Shown one piece after another: positions 14,044-26,425 of a stretch of DNA of 64,000 nucleotides. The position numbers and the translations under genes were made by a program. This stretch comes from Sphaerodactylus townsendi. Lineage: Eukaryota. The stretch is from positions 21,452,001 to 21,516,000 of the forward strand of contig NC_059437.1 in assembly GCF_021028975.2 (NCBI RefSeq). The letters run 5' to 3'. Under the pieces are notes generated by a model. That model saw only the letters and a program-made list of their open reading frames with translations, made no database searches and was not told the DNA's origin. Every line of letters starts with the position of its first letter. The first letter of the stretch is position 1.

Positions 14044-17000
14044 AATATGAGATGGAGGCTGTAGTTAAGGTGTGTTAGGGTGAACTAGGTGAGAAGCCCT
14101 TTCTCTTAATACTGAGATAAATCACATGAGGATTCTGTTTCTGGACTACAAACCTCATACAACCTGTGTCCTCCCCCCACCCAAGTAAAAACATCTCTCA
14201 CCCACATTTCTTGTTATAATGATGATGTTTCAAAATTCATTGTGCTCACCTTTCTGAAAGGTGCTCTCATTAGATGGGCTGCATATATTTTCACGCTGTG
14301 CATTTATTAAATCTGCAACCAGAGCCTCCACAGATGTGTAGTGTTCAATGGAAAGGTGGCGTTTCCTTTCCATAGCTTTCCTTATTTCATCCAGGCTGAA
14401 ACCCATCTGTATCACACCCTGGACCAAATGGTTCTGTGAAAGTTCCTCATCTGCAGTGCAAACAGTAAATGAAAAGAGACACCAGGAAATTATTGTAAGT
14501 CACCTTGACCCAAGAAGAAAAGCAGGATATCAGTGTTTGAATAACGGTTTCAAAAATATAGGTTGTGCCCTGAAAATACACTCATTTCACATACTTAAAG
14601 GAAAGCGTTAATGCTAAGCTAGATAGATGTTCATTAATCATTTTTACCATCAAATGTTTAACTACTGGAAGAAAACTGAAGCCTCCATGTTAACATTTCC
14701 CCACCTCCCAAATCATTAAAAAAAATTCTAAAGCAGGAAAAATGTTAGCAAAAACAAAGGCCCCTTCCGCACACGCAAAATAATGCGTTTTCAAACCATT
14801 TTCACAACAGTTTGCAAGTGGATTTTGCTATTCCGCACAGCTTTAAAGAGCACTGAAAGCAGTTTGAAAGCATGTGCGGAATGAGCCAAAGTGTCTTATA
14901 CGAAGTTTTTGTGCGCTGGGAGCTTATTTTGGTAGGATACATGAAATATTATCCTCAATAAGCAGGTTTTAGAAACATGCACGCATAAAAAGAACGCGTA
15001 TGAGTGTGTGAGTGAGCGAGAGACAGAGAACAAGTAATGCATGAGATTATGCAAATTATGAACACACAGATTCCATCAAGAGAGTACAAAACCCAATCAG
15101 AAAGGATTATAATTATCCCAAGCAGGATAAATTTATGATGAATTTGTGCTCAATCCAGTAAATAAAAAGCCATGAAGGAAAAGTCTCAACCAAGCTAGCA
15201 CAACTTGTGATCTTCCAAACGGAACACAAATTGACAGCTAATGCTGTAGCCTGCAAGATGCTCAGTAACTAAAAATGCAAAGTTTACTGAGAACCTATTT
15301 GGCGGGCATGCAGGGCTGGTGGCTTGCATTTGGCTTGCTGCGTTAGAAAGTGGAGCAGGCCCACTGTGAACACTGGCATACTTACCTTTGATAAATGCTG
15401 AATTTTCAGTACTCATCTTTGAGGGGGAAAAAAGCAGAAACTTAAATCACATTTTGGTTACAATGGATGTAAGATGCAAAGATATAAAGGGGAAAAACTA
15501 CCACAATTGGTGCAAATCTATCAGCTCTATCCNNNNNNNNNNNNNNNNNNNNNNNNNNNNNNNNNNNNNNNNNNNNNNNNNNNNNNNNNNNNNNNNNNNN
15601 NNNNNNNNNNNNNNNNNNNNNNNNNNNNNNNNNNNNNNNNNNNNNNNNNNNNNNNNNNNNNNNNNNNNNNATCCTCTAGGCAGTGTACAGATCAGTAAAA
15701 ACACAGTTTGGTTTAAAATTTCAATTAAAATCATTCCAAAAACAGACACTCCAACTTTAACTCCAAAAATCATTACGAATTCAGCATCACGGCTCATCAG
15801 GGCAGTTACACAGTGAGTGTGAGCTCTAGAGATGGAATATGGAATATAGGAGATGGTACCCTCAACAGCTGACCTCCCCAAAAGCCCGGCGGAATAACTC
15901 TGTCTTGCAGGCCCTGCGGAACTGTTCTAGGTCCCACAGGGCCCAGATGGTTGGGGGGAGAGTGTTCCACCAGGTGGGGGCCAGGGCACTGAAGGCCCTG
16001 GCTCGGGTGGAGGCCAGCCGTATCATGGAAGGGCCCAGGACTACCAACAAATTGGCCCCTGCCAAATGCATAGGCCAAACGGGGGCGTATGGGGACAGAT
16101 GGTCCCTAAGATATGAAGGCCCCAGGGAGCGGAGTGCCTTAAAGGTTAAAACAAACACCTTAAAGACAATCTGGAACTCCAGTGGGAGCCAGTGCAGCTG
16201 GTGCAGAACAGGCGAGATATGGTCCCGTGATGAACTGCCCATGAGAAGCCGGGCCGCTGCATTCTGGACAAACTTCAACTTCTGGATCAACCGTAAGGGA
16301 AGGTCCGCGTAGAGCGAGTTACAATAGTCTAACCTGGAGGTGACAACGATGCTAATAACAGCATCCATTTTCTGGGCAAAAATCTGCAACCCCCCCCCCC
16401 CCTACACATTTGTTTTTCACTACATTCTATCAACAACAACAAATACACAAAATCAAGTAACTTGAATGCCACTCTCCTACTGAAGCAGTGAACTCGTTCA
16501 GTCATACCATGTACTCATTAAAGGAAATACACAGGCAACTGGCAAAACACTAAAAAGAAAGCATTCTGCAACCCAAAGGCCATTATTAATTCAATTGAAT
16601 GATTGAGCTCATTGGCAAAATATGTTACTGAGGAGAAAACCTCATACTCACTGTAGAAGCCTGAAGTGAACGACTTAACTGAACACTGTTGACAAAATCC
16701 TGTCCTTTTTCTTCAAGCAAATAATGACATCTAGGAAAATAAAATCATCTGAGTAAAAAAAAATCCTGAGGTTACTTAAAATAGGTAATGAGGCTATGGG
16801 TCAAAATCTGAGAGACTAAATTAGCTAATAAAAAAGAGTCCTTAATATGTCCTAAAAAGAACATATTATAGAAAACATATTTACCCAATGGCAAATAAAG
16901 CCCAGACATATCAAGGACTACATTGGTGGGTCAGATGGAAGGGGGATGCCAAAGATGTTAACTGTTGCCACCTCAACCGTACCCTGGTGGAACAGCTCTG

Positions 17001-20000
17001 TCTTGTAGGCCCTGCAGAACTGCATTACATTCCTCAGGGCCCTGATCTCATTCAACAGTGTTCCACCAGGTCGCTCTGGTTAAGGCAAGCCGGACTTCCT
17101 TTGGGAGATCACCAGTAGATTTTCAGATGCTGATTGAAGTATCCTTTGGGGACATAATGGGAGAGACAGTCCCTTATGTAGCCCGATCTTTGTGCTTTGT
17201 ATGCTAGTACCAGAACCTTGAACTTGTTCTGGTACTCCATCTGGAGCCAATGCAGCTGACAGAGCACAGGTTGCATGTGTGCCTGCCATGAGGTTCCACT
17301 AAGGCCCTTGCGGCTGCATTCTGGACCAGTATAAGTTTCCAGAGCAGGCATGCATCCCCATGGCTAAGTCATTTTGGGGTGGATAAGGTGCCAATTGCAT
17401 CACCTTTTTTAATAATGATTTTTATTGAATTTTAACAACTACTCACTACAACTAAAACACCACACTACCCATCTTTACATCATCACTCTAACATTAAAAG
17501 CTACTTAAACAATATAAAGCAACATAAAACTACTTGACTTCCTGCCCAAAACCCATTGCAAAATTTATCTTTAATACTGTACTGTTACCATTAATATCTA
17601 GATCCACGGGCTTTTTTTAAAAAAAGAAAAAAGCTATTCAAATTTCCACTCCATTTCATATAAAGTACATACATAATGTAGCCTTATCTCTCTAACTTAT
17701 TTCTTGGACTTAAAAACTATTTACAAATAGATTCTTGAATCCTTCCTTCTCCTTCTGACCTACTAGTTAAATACTTACAACTGTTATCTGACAATCTTTT
17801 TAAAAATAATATTTAACATGCTACTCTGGTTTTACTGACTTTTACCTACATTTCAGCTGTTTCACTGGATGTGTTTAAGTAAACTCTTTCATTTTTTAAA
17901 TAGAATTCTTTGGCGCTTTGCAGCAGAGCTGACTCTCTGAGGCTGTCATTACTGTCATTTGCACATAAAAAGAACTTATTCTCACTTGAGCCAGGTTAAT
18001 CTTATTTGTTTTTTTCCTTAGAGCTTCCACTAGAAAAATATAGTCCTTTTGCTTCTGCAGGACCCTTGGGAGAAGTTCCTTCATGATGACGATGTCTTTG
18101 TCATCCATCTTAAATGGTGATTTTCTATGGGCCTCCATAATTTGATCTGCAGTGTCTTTTGTAGAGAAAAAGATGATAATGTCTCTACACAGCTCCTGTG
18201 ATTTTGGATTTTTGGAGTTTGTATATTTTTTCAATCTTTCCAGCCATCTCTTCATCTTGTATCATCATAAATTTGGCCAAAGTGTTGGAAAGCTTCTTTT
18301 TAAGGTTCTCTTTAGAAAGGTCTAGTTCCTCTACAACTTTTCTGTCTTAAGGCCTTTTCTCTAGTCTGATATTCCCGATGTACGGCAGGTTCATGCACTT
18401 TGGATTCCATATGAACGGAGTTAGCTCTTTTTTAAATGAAATCTTAAATTTCTTCCTTTACCATCTTTACGTCTTCATCCAACTGACCAATAATCTTATG
18501 ATCATTCTTTATTTCTTTAACTTCTTTCAATAATTTGGCTGTTGTTGGTGTGCTTATTTCAACACTACTTTTTATAGACTGGTTGTTGTGGGTTTTCTGG
18601 GCTGTGTGCTGGGGTCTGGTAGATCTTGTTCCTAACGTTTTGCCTGCATCTGTGGCTGGCATCTTCAGAGATGTATCACAGAGAGAAGTCTATACGCTGC
18701 GTCCAGTCAGAAGGGAAACTTTAGTGGGGTATATATTTCTACTTTTTATGGAGTTCATTTTCTATTGTAGACTTAGTATACTTGTAGCCATTGCTTTGAT
18801 ATTATTTGACAGCACTTGAAATCCCAACGATACTGAACCTTTACTTGTGAAGCCATCTCTGACCACTAGATGTCACTGACAAGAATCCATATTAGCAACA
18901 GAGTATAACTGAAACTGTCCTTTCAGTCATGTCCCTTTCTATGATTCAGTAAAGCTTTCTTCCTTTATAGTGTTTCTTTTCTGGTCTTAACTGTCCTTAA
19001 CCTGGCATCCCACCAGCTACAGAGAACAAAGAAAAACTAGCTCAGTTGTTTTTATAGCCTTAAAGCAGCTATTATTCTCTAACACCATTATTTCCAAGCT
19101 TCTCCTTTAAAGCAGTTTCATTTTGCCTCTTTTAAAATAAGCTTTTTGTTTACTATAAGGTCATACCTTTTAGAGGGATCTTCTGGTTTTTGCTGGACTA
19201 ATCTGCGACACATTTTTGACCTCTCTTATTGGTCTCCATTTCATCTTTGTTTCTTCGTGAGAGGAGCATGACTTGGATGTAATTTTCTGTGGGGAAGGCG
19301 AAATCTCCAGCAGAGAAAGATGATGATGCCACTAACTTGTCTTCTCTACCTCAGTGAATTGCTACAGTAAACGTCCCTTCCCGTGTGATCCCAGCAAGGG
19401 GAGGCAGTCTTAAGAGTCTATGTGGCTTCCTCTGGCTCTCCCCTTAATCTGAGGTGTGCAACTCCCTTTGAGCCACCAAATGGAGTTTTGAATCCCGGAG
19501 AAAGCCAAAGACCAACCATTTTATGTCATGGCTAGACAAGAAGTCCCCAACTGATTCACCGAGCAAAGACTGAAAAACACCAAGCGAGTAGCGCATTTCA
19601 CCTGAGCCTGCATCATCAGGGAGGAATCAATGAACACTCATAGGCTGTTGACAGTTGGCATGGCAACTAGTTGTATCCTGTCAAGTTGGCAACTGACATT
19701 CTCCAACCTGCCCTTTTGGCTCAGCCGCAGGATCTCTGTCTTTGGTGAATTTAGCATCAGCTGGCTCTTTTTCAACCATTCCATCATAGCTCCTAAGCAA
19801 CTGGCTTAAACATCTAGAGTGGTGTCTGGATGACCATTCAATCGTCAGACACAGCAGGTTGTCATCAGCATATTGATAACAACTGAGTCCAAATCCCAGG
19901 ATCAACCTGACAAGAGAATGCATATAAATGCTAAATAATATTGGTGAGACAATTGCTCCTTGTGGGATGCCATATATTGAGGCGGATGGAAGTTCTCCCA

Positions 20001-23000
20001 CCAATTGCAACCGTCTATCCTTGGTCTTCAAGGAATGAGCAAAGTCACTGCAAGGCTGTCCCAGAAATCGCCACACCAATGAGGAGGATGGTCAGAATGT
20101 CATGGTTGGCCAAGTCAAAAGCTGCTGTTAAGTCTAACAATAACAGCAGCACTGACCTGCCCCAAGCCAATTGTTTCCAGAGGTCATTCATGAGGGTGGT
20201 CAGAACCGTCTCTACCCCATGGCCAGCTCAAAAGCTGGACTGGAATGGGTCCAGGGCCGATGTTTCCTCCAGTTAAGCCTGGAGGTGCTCGCAACCACTC
20301 TCAATTACCTTGCCCAGGAAGGATAGATTTGACACTGGTGTTAATTGCTCAGGTCAGACAGATCTAGAGGTTTTTTTTAAGAGCAGGGTAATCATTTTAA
20401 TGTGTGTGTGACTTTAAACTGAGAGCTGAGTTGGAGAAAGGGGGGATGAGAGGTGGATGACAGCTATATGATTGGTTGATTACAGAGTGTGCATGTGGGA
20501 AAGCTATGCTGAACTGGCAGAGAGTGAAAGCATTTCAGAGTGGGAGTGTCAAAACTCTAGTGAGAGAGAGTTAAAATTGCGCTCAGTGGTTGGGAAGTTC
20601 CGCTCAGTGATGAAAAAAAATTAGAGGGACACTGGTCTTCCCAAATAATTACTTAGTTCTAAACCAGCAGGCAACTACATCTAAACCCACACTTTTAACA
20701 GTGCTTAATTTAACAGCAATTAACTGATATTGATAGCCTTCAAAAGCTTGTGGTTATGACAAGAGGCTGCAATCTTCCTCAGAAGACCCTGATGCCCTCA
20801 AGAACATTTCAAAGTCTTCTGTAGCTCCTCAGGGTTTCCCAAGACTTTCCCTGGCTCTCCAGACTTGATTCTCTCTGGTGCTCTCAAGTTCCTCAAAGTT
20901 TTTCTTGTGTTCTTTCCTTTTTTATCCAGGCTTCTGGGATTCTCATCCTGGTGCATAACTCATCAAAAACGGGATCAATTTGAGATACAAAGCATGGCCC
21001 AAACTTGTACATGGTGTTATTTGCTTTCTTTTATTAACATTATTAACATTTTGCTAACAATATTTAAATTATTTATTTAAACATAAATGAAATTTTTCTG
21101 AAAAATGTCTGAAACTGTGCATCAGTGGATGGGATGGTAAAAAGTGTTTTCATATGTTCAAAGCTTCCTGAGTGCTGTAATAACAATACACAGGTCGGAG
21201 AAGACAAGCTTTTTATTCCATCTCTGTCACGAGGCCTACAGCTCAGAGACACTCAGATTTCCCACCCACAACTGGTAGGTTTCTCAGAGGAATCCTCTAC
21301 CAACTGAGTGCATCACAGGGCAATGACATCACTTGCTTTCCTGAAACCCATGGTGGCTAACATATTGACTAATGATGCTCAGAAGAGCCACGTGTCACAC
21401 CTGAGCTGCTGAGTATCACTGTTCTAAGCCCTGGGTGACTGGCTGAGAAATTCATGTGTGGGTCTTGATTAAACAGGAAAATGGGGTCCAGGCATATGGA
21501 AAGTGCTACCAATTTAATATACATGCAACAAGCTCAAAAAGGAAGGGCCTTACCCAGGAAACCACTGGGCATGTTGCTCCCAAGCATTATCATCTGCCCT
21601 CCATTCCCGTAGTCCACCACTACAGTGAAAGCAAAGAACATTATCACCATCACCTGTGGAGAAAAAGGAGGCAAACCTGGTTAATTAAAATCTGTTCTTG
21701 CTTTCTACCGTTTGCAAATAAAACTCTGGTAAGCTGATTACAGCTGCATGCTATGAAACCTCCCCAATCTCTTCACATTTATATCACATTCTTCCTCAGG
21801 GAGATGTGCATGGATAGGGTGACCCAACATGAGTATCAAGTGTCATTTGGACAACAATTGGACAAACAAAAACAAAAGCTGCTCCAGCAGTCAACAAACA
21901 AGCCAAACACAACAACTACCGCATCAACTAGGTTTGGAGATTTGGATACACTGAATCCCTAATTCGGCCCAAATCTGGGCCCGTTCAGGCATATTCAGGT
22001 CAAAATCAGCCCAAATATGTCCTGCCAGAATATGAGCCAATCTGAATTCAATGCATTCTGGCTTTTTTGTTTTTTGTTTTTGCATTTTGGCCTGCAGGGG
22101 GTGCATTTTTTAAACACACACACAGAAATTTCCCGTTGGCTACAATGGAGCCAAGCCACTGCAGAGTAGAGAATCTGGGCAAATTTCTTGGGGTGCCTGT
22201 CGGGTGCATTTTTAAAGCTACTGGCACCAAAATTTCAGGGTCTCATCCAGAGACTGTCCTGATGATACCAACTGAGTTTGGTGAAGTTCGGGGGGGGGGG
22301 GGAAGTTATGGCCCCTCAAATGGGTAGCCCCATCTCCTGTTAGATCCAATTGGAAACAATGGGGGATGGGGCACTCATTTTGGGGATCCATAACCTTATC
22401 CTCCTTGAACCAAACTTCACCAAACTAGGGTGACATCATCAGGATCATCTCTGGATGAGATCCTGAAATTTTGGTGCCACTAGCTTGAAAAATGTACCCC
22501 CTGCAGGCCAAGACACAAAAAACACCAAAAAATACCAAAAAAGTCAGATGAACCTGAATATATTCAGGCATACCGAATCTGCTACTCAGGCTTATTCAGG
22601 CATACAGATACTTTATGCCCAAATAAGCTCGAATCTGAATTTTACCAAATATATAAGGTATTGACCAAGCCTAGTATCAACCAGATACTGCCAAAGGATC
22701 TGGGCACATAGTTGTTATTGGTGTCTTAGTGGTACCTGTTTCCTGGTAAATATGTCAAAATCTGGTTGGTACTATGGAAAAAGCCAACATGAAATCAGTG
22801 CAGACCCTAGAAAAGCCCTCTCAGAGGTCTACACAGAAGCAGGCTTTGAGGTCCCTAGTCATAATAAAAATTTTAAAAAAACTACTATTCATGATGTGCA
22901 TAAGAGCATGTGTATGTTTGTTGAAGTCACAGCTGACTTATGGAATCCCCATAGGGTTTTCAAGGCAAGAGACATTCAGAGTTGGGTTTGTCATTACCTG

Positions 23001-26000
23001 CCTCTGCATCACAACCCTGGCAGTCCCCGGAGGTCACCCATCCAAATACAAGCCAGGGCTGACCCTGCTTAGTTTTTGAGATTTGACAAGATCAGGCTAG
23101 ACTGGAGCTATGCAGGTCAAGATAAAAACTAGTTACAAAAGTGATAAAATGTTGAACAATTTTAAAAATCCAAATTTGAGGCCTGCTTTGAGACTGCCTG
23201 TATAAAATGGCTCGACACCCTCCTTCAGTTGGCCCTAACACATTCACCATTCCTCAAAAGGCTGCATTTGAAAAGGACAGTAGTAATGGAGATGTCTTTT
23301 TAGGAAGCTTGTCTGTATTTAGTGATGTTTTTATTCAAAACCCAGTGTGGTGTGGTAGTTAAGCATTCAACTAATATCTGGGAGACTCAGGTTTAAATCC
23401 CCCATTCTGCCATGAAACTCTGATGGATGACATTAGGCTGATCACTCACTCTTAAATGCTTCTGTATCAGAGCACCTTGGTTCAATAATGCACAAAATAA
23501 TGATTTTGACAAAGGCAACATGATGTGATAATTCTTATATTCGTTTGAGACTATATTCTAATGTACAAGCACACAATTTTCTCAACCGCTGCACCTCAAC
23601 TGAACATACTAATATTTTTAGCCGAGACAGAATATACAGACAGATCTTCCAGCATCTCAGTATTTAAACCTTAGCAAAAATAAAGGACAGGAAAGAGAAA
23701 ACATTTTCTATTTCCAAAGCACAGCACAGAAGTAACTAAAGCACAGTCACAGCCAGCATCAGGAAAGTTGCTTATGGAGTACATTTATTTCCAAAAGCAG
23801 AAATAAGAAGAGGAGTTTGGATTTATATTCCCCCTTTCTCTCCTGTAGAGACTCAAAGGGGCTTACAATCTCCTTTCCCTTTTCCCCTCACAACAAACAC
23901 CCTGTGAGGTGGGTGGGGCTGAGAGCTCAGAAGAACTGTGACTAGCCCAAGGTCACCCAGCTGGCGTGTGTTAGAGTGCACAGGCTAATCTGAATTCGCC
24001 AGATAAGCCTCCACAACTCAAGTGGCAAAGCAGGGAATCAAACCCAGTTCCTCCAGATTAGAATGCACCTGCTCTTAATCACTACGCCACTGTTGCTCCT
24101 ATAAGGATAGAGTTCTTCCATGTAAACAAATAATCAGACTGTGGGTGCCTTTTCAATGTGTTTACAAAAATAAAGGACAAAATATCTTCTTGGATTAACC
24201 AGATACTGACTAATCTTGTCTCTTGCAAAGAGGCAGGAAATTACATGACCATGTTAGCTATGCACCTACATGCCCCTGAGACTAATGAGATACAGAGCAC
24301 CAGGCACAAGAATGCTCCCATTCAACAGTGGCTCCTAGGGAAAGAGAACCCTCTCCCAGAAAATTGATTTCCACTGGCATTCTGGGCTGTCCTGGGAGAG
24401 GGAAGGCAGGAACATTGTACACCACAAACGGAAGTCCCTGCACCTGCAGAAACAAGCATCTGGAGTCACTCCATAATCAGATTTCATTCTGTGCTTTCTG
24501 CCTTTTCTGGCCTCTCAAACCCCTTTTTAAAAACCGTCCCACATAAAATGAGTGAAAAGTGAGGATTCCCTTAATGCTTATGAAAAAGTGGGCTCTGGTC
24601 CACAGAAGTTTATGGTGGCGTTAAAAAAAAGTGTCAAGTCTTTAAAGTGTCATAGGACTCCTGTTTATTTTCTATCATGATTTTCAGAAAAACCCATATT
24701 GCACTAGTATGGAATGGGGAAGACAAATCGTGGCACACGTGGCAACGGCCACGCTCCAGATCACTTGCATGGCACCTAGGGCCAGATCTTTGTCCAAGCA
24801 ATCAAAGCACTAGGAATACTGCTGGGTTTGGTGGTGTAGCAAAAGGCAAATCTTGGCTTTCTCCTCTCATCATTACTCAGACTTGCACAGTCACCAGCTG
24901 AGTTTAAACCAAATCCCTAAGATGCTTTTAGCATTGCCTTGGTTGCAATTTCAAGGTGGAAAGAAGGACAGACATCTACAGCAGTTATGGGCTTCTTTGT
25001 TCTTTTTCTCATTTATATTGTTAAATGGAAAATAAAAAGTAGAGATTTCATAAACCACTTCACCGTATGTTCCATCACAAGGTTCACGATGAACATAGGA
25101 ACACTTTCTTGAGTGGGTACATTTTTATGTAAAAAGAGGAGGTTTTGTCTCTTGAGAGACTGATTTTAATCAAGCGTAAACTCTCATCATTAATTTAGGG
25201 TTTCTCTCTCTCACTCCAAGCTTCTCTGATTGGGGGAGGGAGGGTGCTAGGAAGTTCAGGACATATAAGTTTACCCAGAACCAAGCAAAAGGAATAGGGC
25301 AAGTTCAAGTATAAATGACACGGCTCCAAATAAACCCAACATTTTTAAAGGCAGCTCCTTAGAAAACTGTCACCGCTTCTTGGGTGTGTACAGCATTTAC
25401 TTACCAATGACTTTAAATTCACTACTTGCTAACCCAGTGATGAGCTGTGTAAAAATCTTCCTATGCGTGGCTGACCATATTGTGCAAAATTTATTCCATG
25501 GATGGTAGCAAGACAAATCATGACACCTGGCATCCAGCTTACCTGTGCTATAAAACCCTGCTTGAGCCAGCTGCTCCTTGTTAACCGAATACCTCCACGT
25601 TATAAAGGACCTGAGTCGTGCTTCGTAACTTGACATAGATGGGTTTTTTGGAAGCCTGGGATCATGTACGTCACTTATATTCAGTTCCGCACTGCTCGGT
25701 TGATTTGGGGCACTTTCAACATTCCCGACATCATGGCCAAGGACAAACAGACACCTAGGGAAGTGGCGCCTGTGTTCTGACCAGGCCTGGTCACCAGGTT
25801 CCCAAGTTCCCAGCTTGCCTCCACAACAGAAGCACTCAACTTGATCGGCGATTCCGGCATAATAGAAACCTGCACTGGCTAAGTCGGTTGGCATTACAGG
25901 AGCGTAGGCAGGCCAGTTACGGAAAGATTCCAGCCTGGCTTCTTCACTACACATGGCAGGAGTCCTGGGATACAGGCTGCCCGAAAGATCCACCACCTGC

Positions 26001-26425
26001 CTAGTTCTTAGCAGATAATCTGCAGAGAGGTCAGAGGAGAAAGCAGAGGACTGTTGGCTACTAGCATTTGCAAGGCGGCCATCGGCTCTCTGCTGAACAT
26101 TCGGAAGAGCAGAACACGCCCCATTCCTACAACAGTTCATGCCATTAATAAACGCACAGTTTGGAGAGACAGTTTTATGCCTCCCGGCTGCAGTGTCCCC
26201 GGGCTGCCATCCTTCTATGGTTGCGTGGCAACTGAAGCACCTGACTTTGTCCCTTTCACCAGTGTAGAAGAAGCCAGCTCGTGCAAGACTTAAGGCAGAA
26301 ACGGGACAAAAATTTGGGAACGTGGTAAACGTCTGCAGTCGGGAGCATTCTTTCGCCAGCTCTTGGTCAGATTCACTATTGTGGTTGGCACCAGCTGTGC
26401 AGTTATTTGGTCCATTACACGTCAT
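13096..26425 (-). CDS. XIAP: XIAP (E3 ubiquitin ligase / inhibitor of apoptosis), complete spliced CDS: join(26425-25543, 21653-21554, 16730-16652, 15416-15386, 14450-14250, 13289-13096) = 1488 nt, 495 aa
   Basis: BIR1-BIR2-BIR3-UBA-RING architecture; all junctions GT-AG with consistent phases; exon sizes 100/79/201/194 match mammalian XIAP as recalled; neighbour is THOC2. Confidence 0.97.
13627..13746. mobile_element. Related palindromic hAT MITE, left end lost
   Basis: GGAACTACAATTCCCATCAGCC...GGCTGATGGGAATTGTAGTTCC core. Confidence 0.8.
14007..14040. repeat. (GT)n microsatellite
   Basis: Directly visible. Confidence 0.95.
14250..14450 (-). CDS. XIAP: XIAP exon 6 (UBA domain, MGF motif)
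   Basis: 201 nt; [10 protein letters not shown]...[10 protein letters not shown]; AG/GT boundaries. Confidence 0.95.
14759..14887. mobile_element. Harbinger-like MITE, TSD AAA
   Basis: TIR GGCCCCTTCCGCAC / GTGCGGAATGAGCC. Confidence 0.85.
15386..15416 (-). CDS. XIAP: XIAP exon 5 ([10 protein letters not shown] linker)
   Basis: 31 nt; acceptor ttttttccccctcaaAG, donor AAG|GTAAGT; phase 0 to 1, exactly as needed to join exons 4 and 6. Confidence 0.88.
15533..15670. other. Assembly gap (138 N)
   Basis: N run in XIAP intron 4, adjacent to an L2 3' end. Confidence 0.99.
15690..16345 (-). mobile_element. 3' fragment of the same L2 family
   Basis: ORF 15862-16389 is highly similar to the C-terminus of ORF 52646-53806. 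Confidence 0.9.
16652..16730 (-). CDS. XIAP: XIAP exon 4 ([26 protein letters not shown])
   Basis: 79 nt; acceptor ttttcctAG, donor GTGAGT; last Zn-ligand Cys of BIR3. Confidence 0.95.
16930..17390 (-). mobile_element. Old L2 3' part (separated from 19561-20400 by a later insertion)
   Basis: [26 protein letters not shown]. Confidence 0.75.
17405..19546 (-). mobile_element. L1-derived ORF1-only (HAL1-like) retroelement, decayed
   Basis: ORF1-like fragments 18444-18662 (coiled coil) and 17896-18255 (RDIII.F..K...IM); AATAAA plus poly-A at 17426-17405; degenerate 14-bp TSD; no ORF2. Confidence 0.6.
18577..18695 (-). mobile_element. Penelope-like element end with a mutated hammerhead motif
   Basis: Reverse complement CTGAAGATGCCAGCCACAGATGCAGGC-AAAAC-GTTAGG; same family as 60623-60887. 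Confidence 0.75.
19561..20400 (-). mobile_element. Old L2 RT part
   Basis: [17 protein letters not shown]...YQYADD. Confidence 0.8.
21554..21653 (-). CDS. XIAP: XIAP exon 3 (BIR3 core [34 protein letters not shown])
   Basis: 100 nt; acceptor tttttctccacAG, donor GTAAGG. Confidence 0.96.
21929..22673. mobile_element. Non-autonomous hAT element, TIR TAGGYTTGG, 8-bp TSD GYATCAAC
   Basis: TSD at 21921-21928 and 22674-22681; internal inverted repeats and subterminal repeats. Confidence 0.8.
23808..24100 (-). mobile_element. tRNA-derived, L2-tailed squamate SINE (Squam3-like)
   Basis: A-box TGGCGTAGTGATTAAG, B-box GTTTGATTCC, (TTC) tail; similar to 46005-46280. Confidence 0.8.

Noticed and set aside
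15388-15881. ORFs spanning the N run
   Set aside because: Artefacts of the assembly gap
25397-25542. C-terminal extension of the 342-aa XIAP ORF
   Set aside because: Read-through into intron 2 beyond the GTAAGC donor
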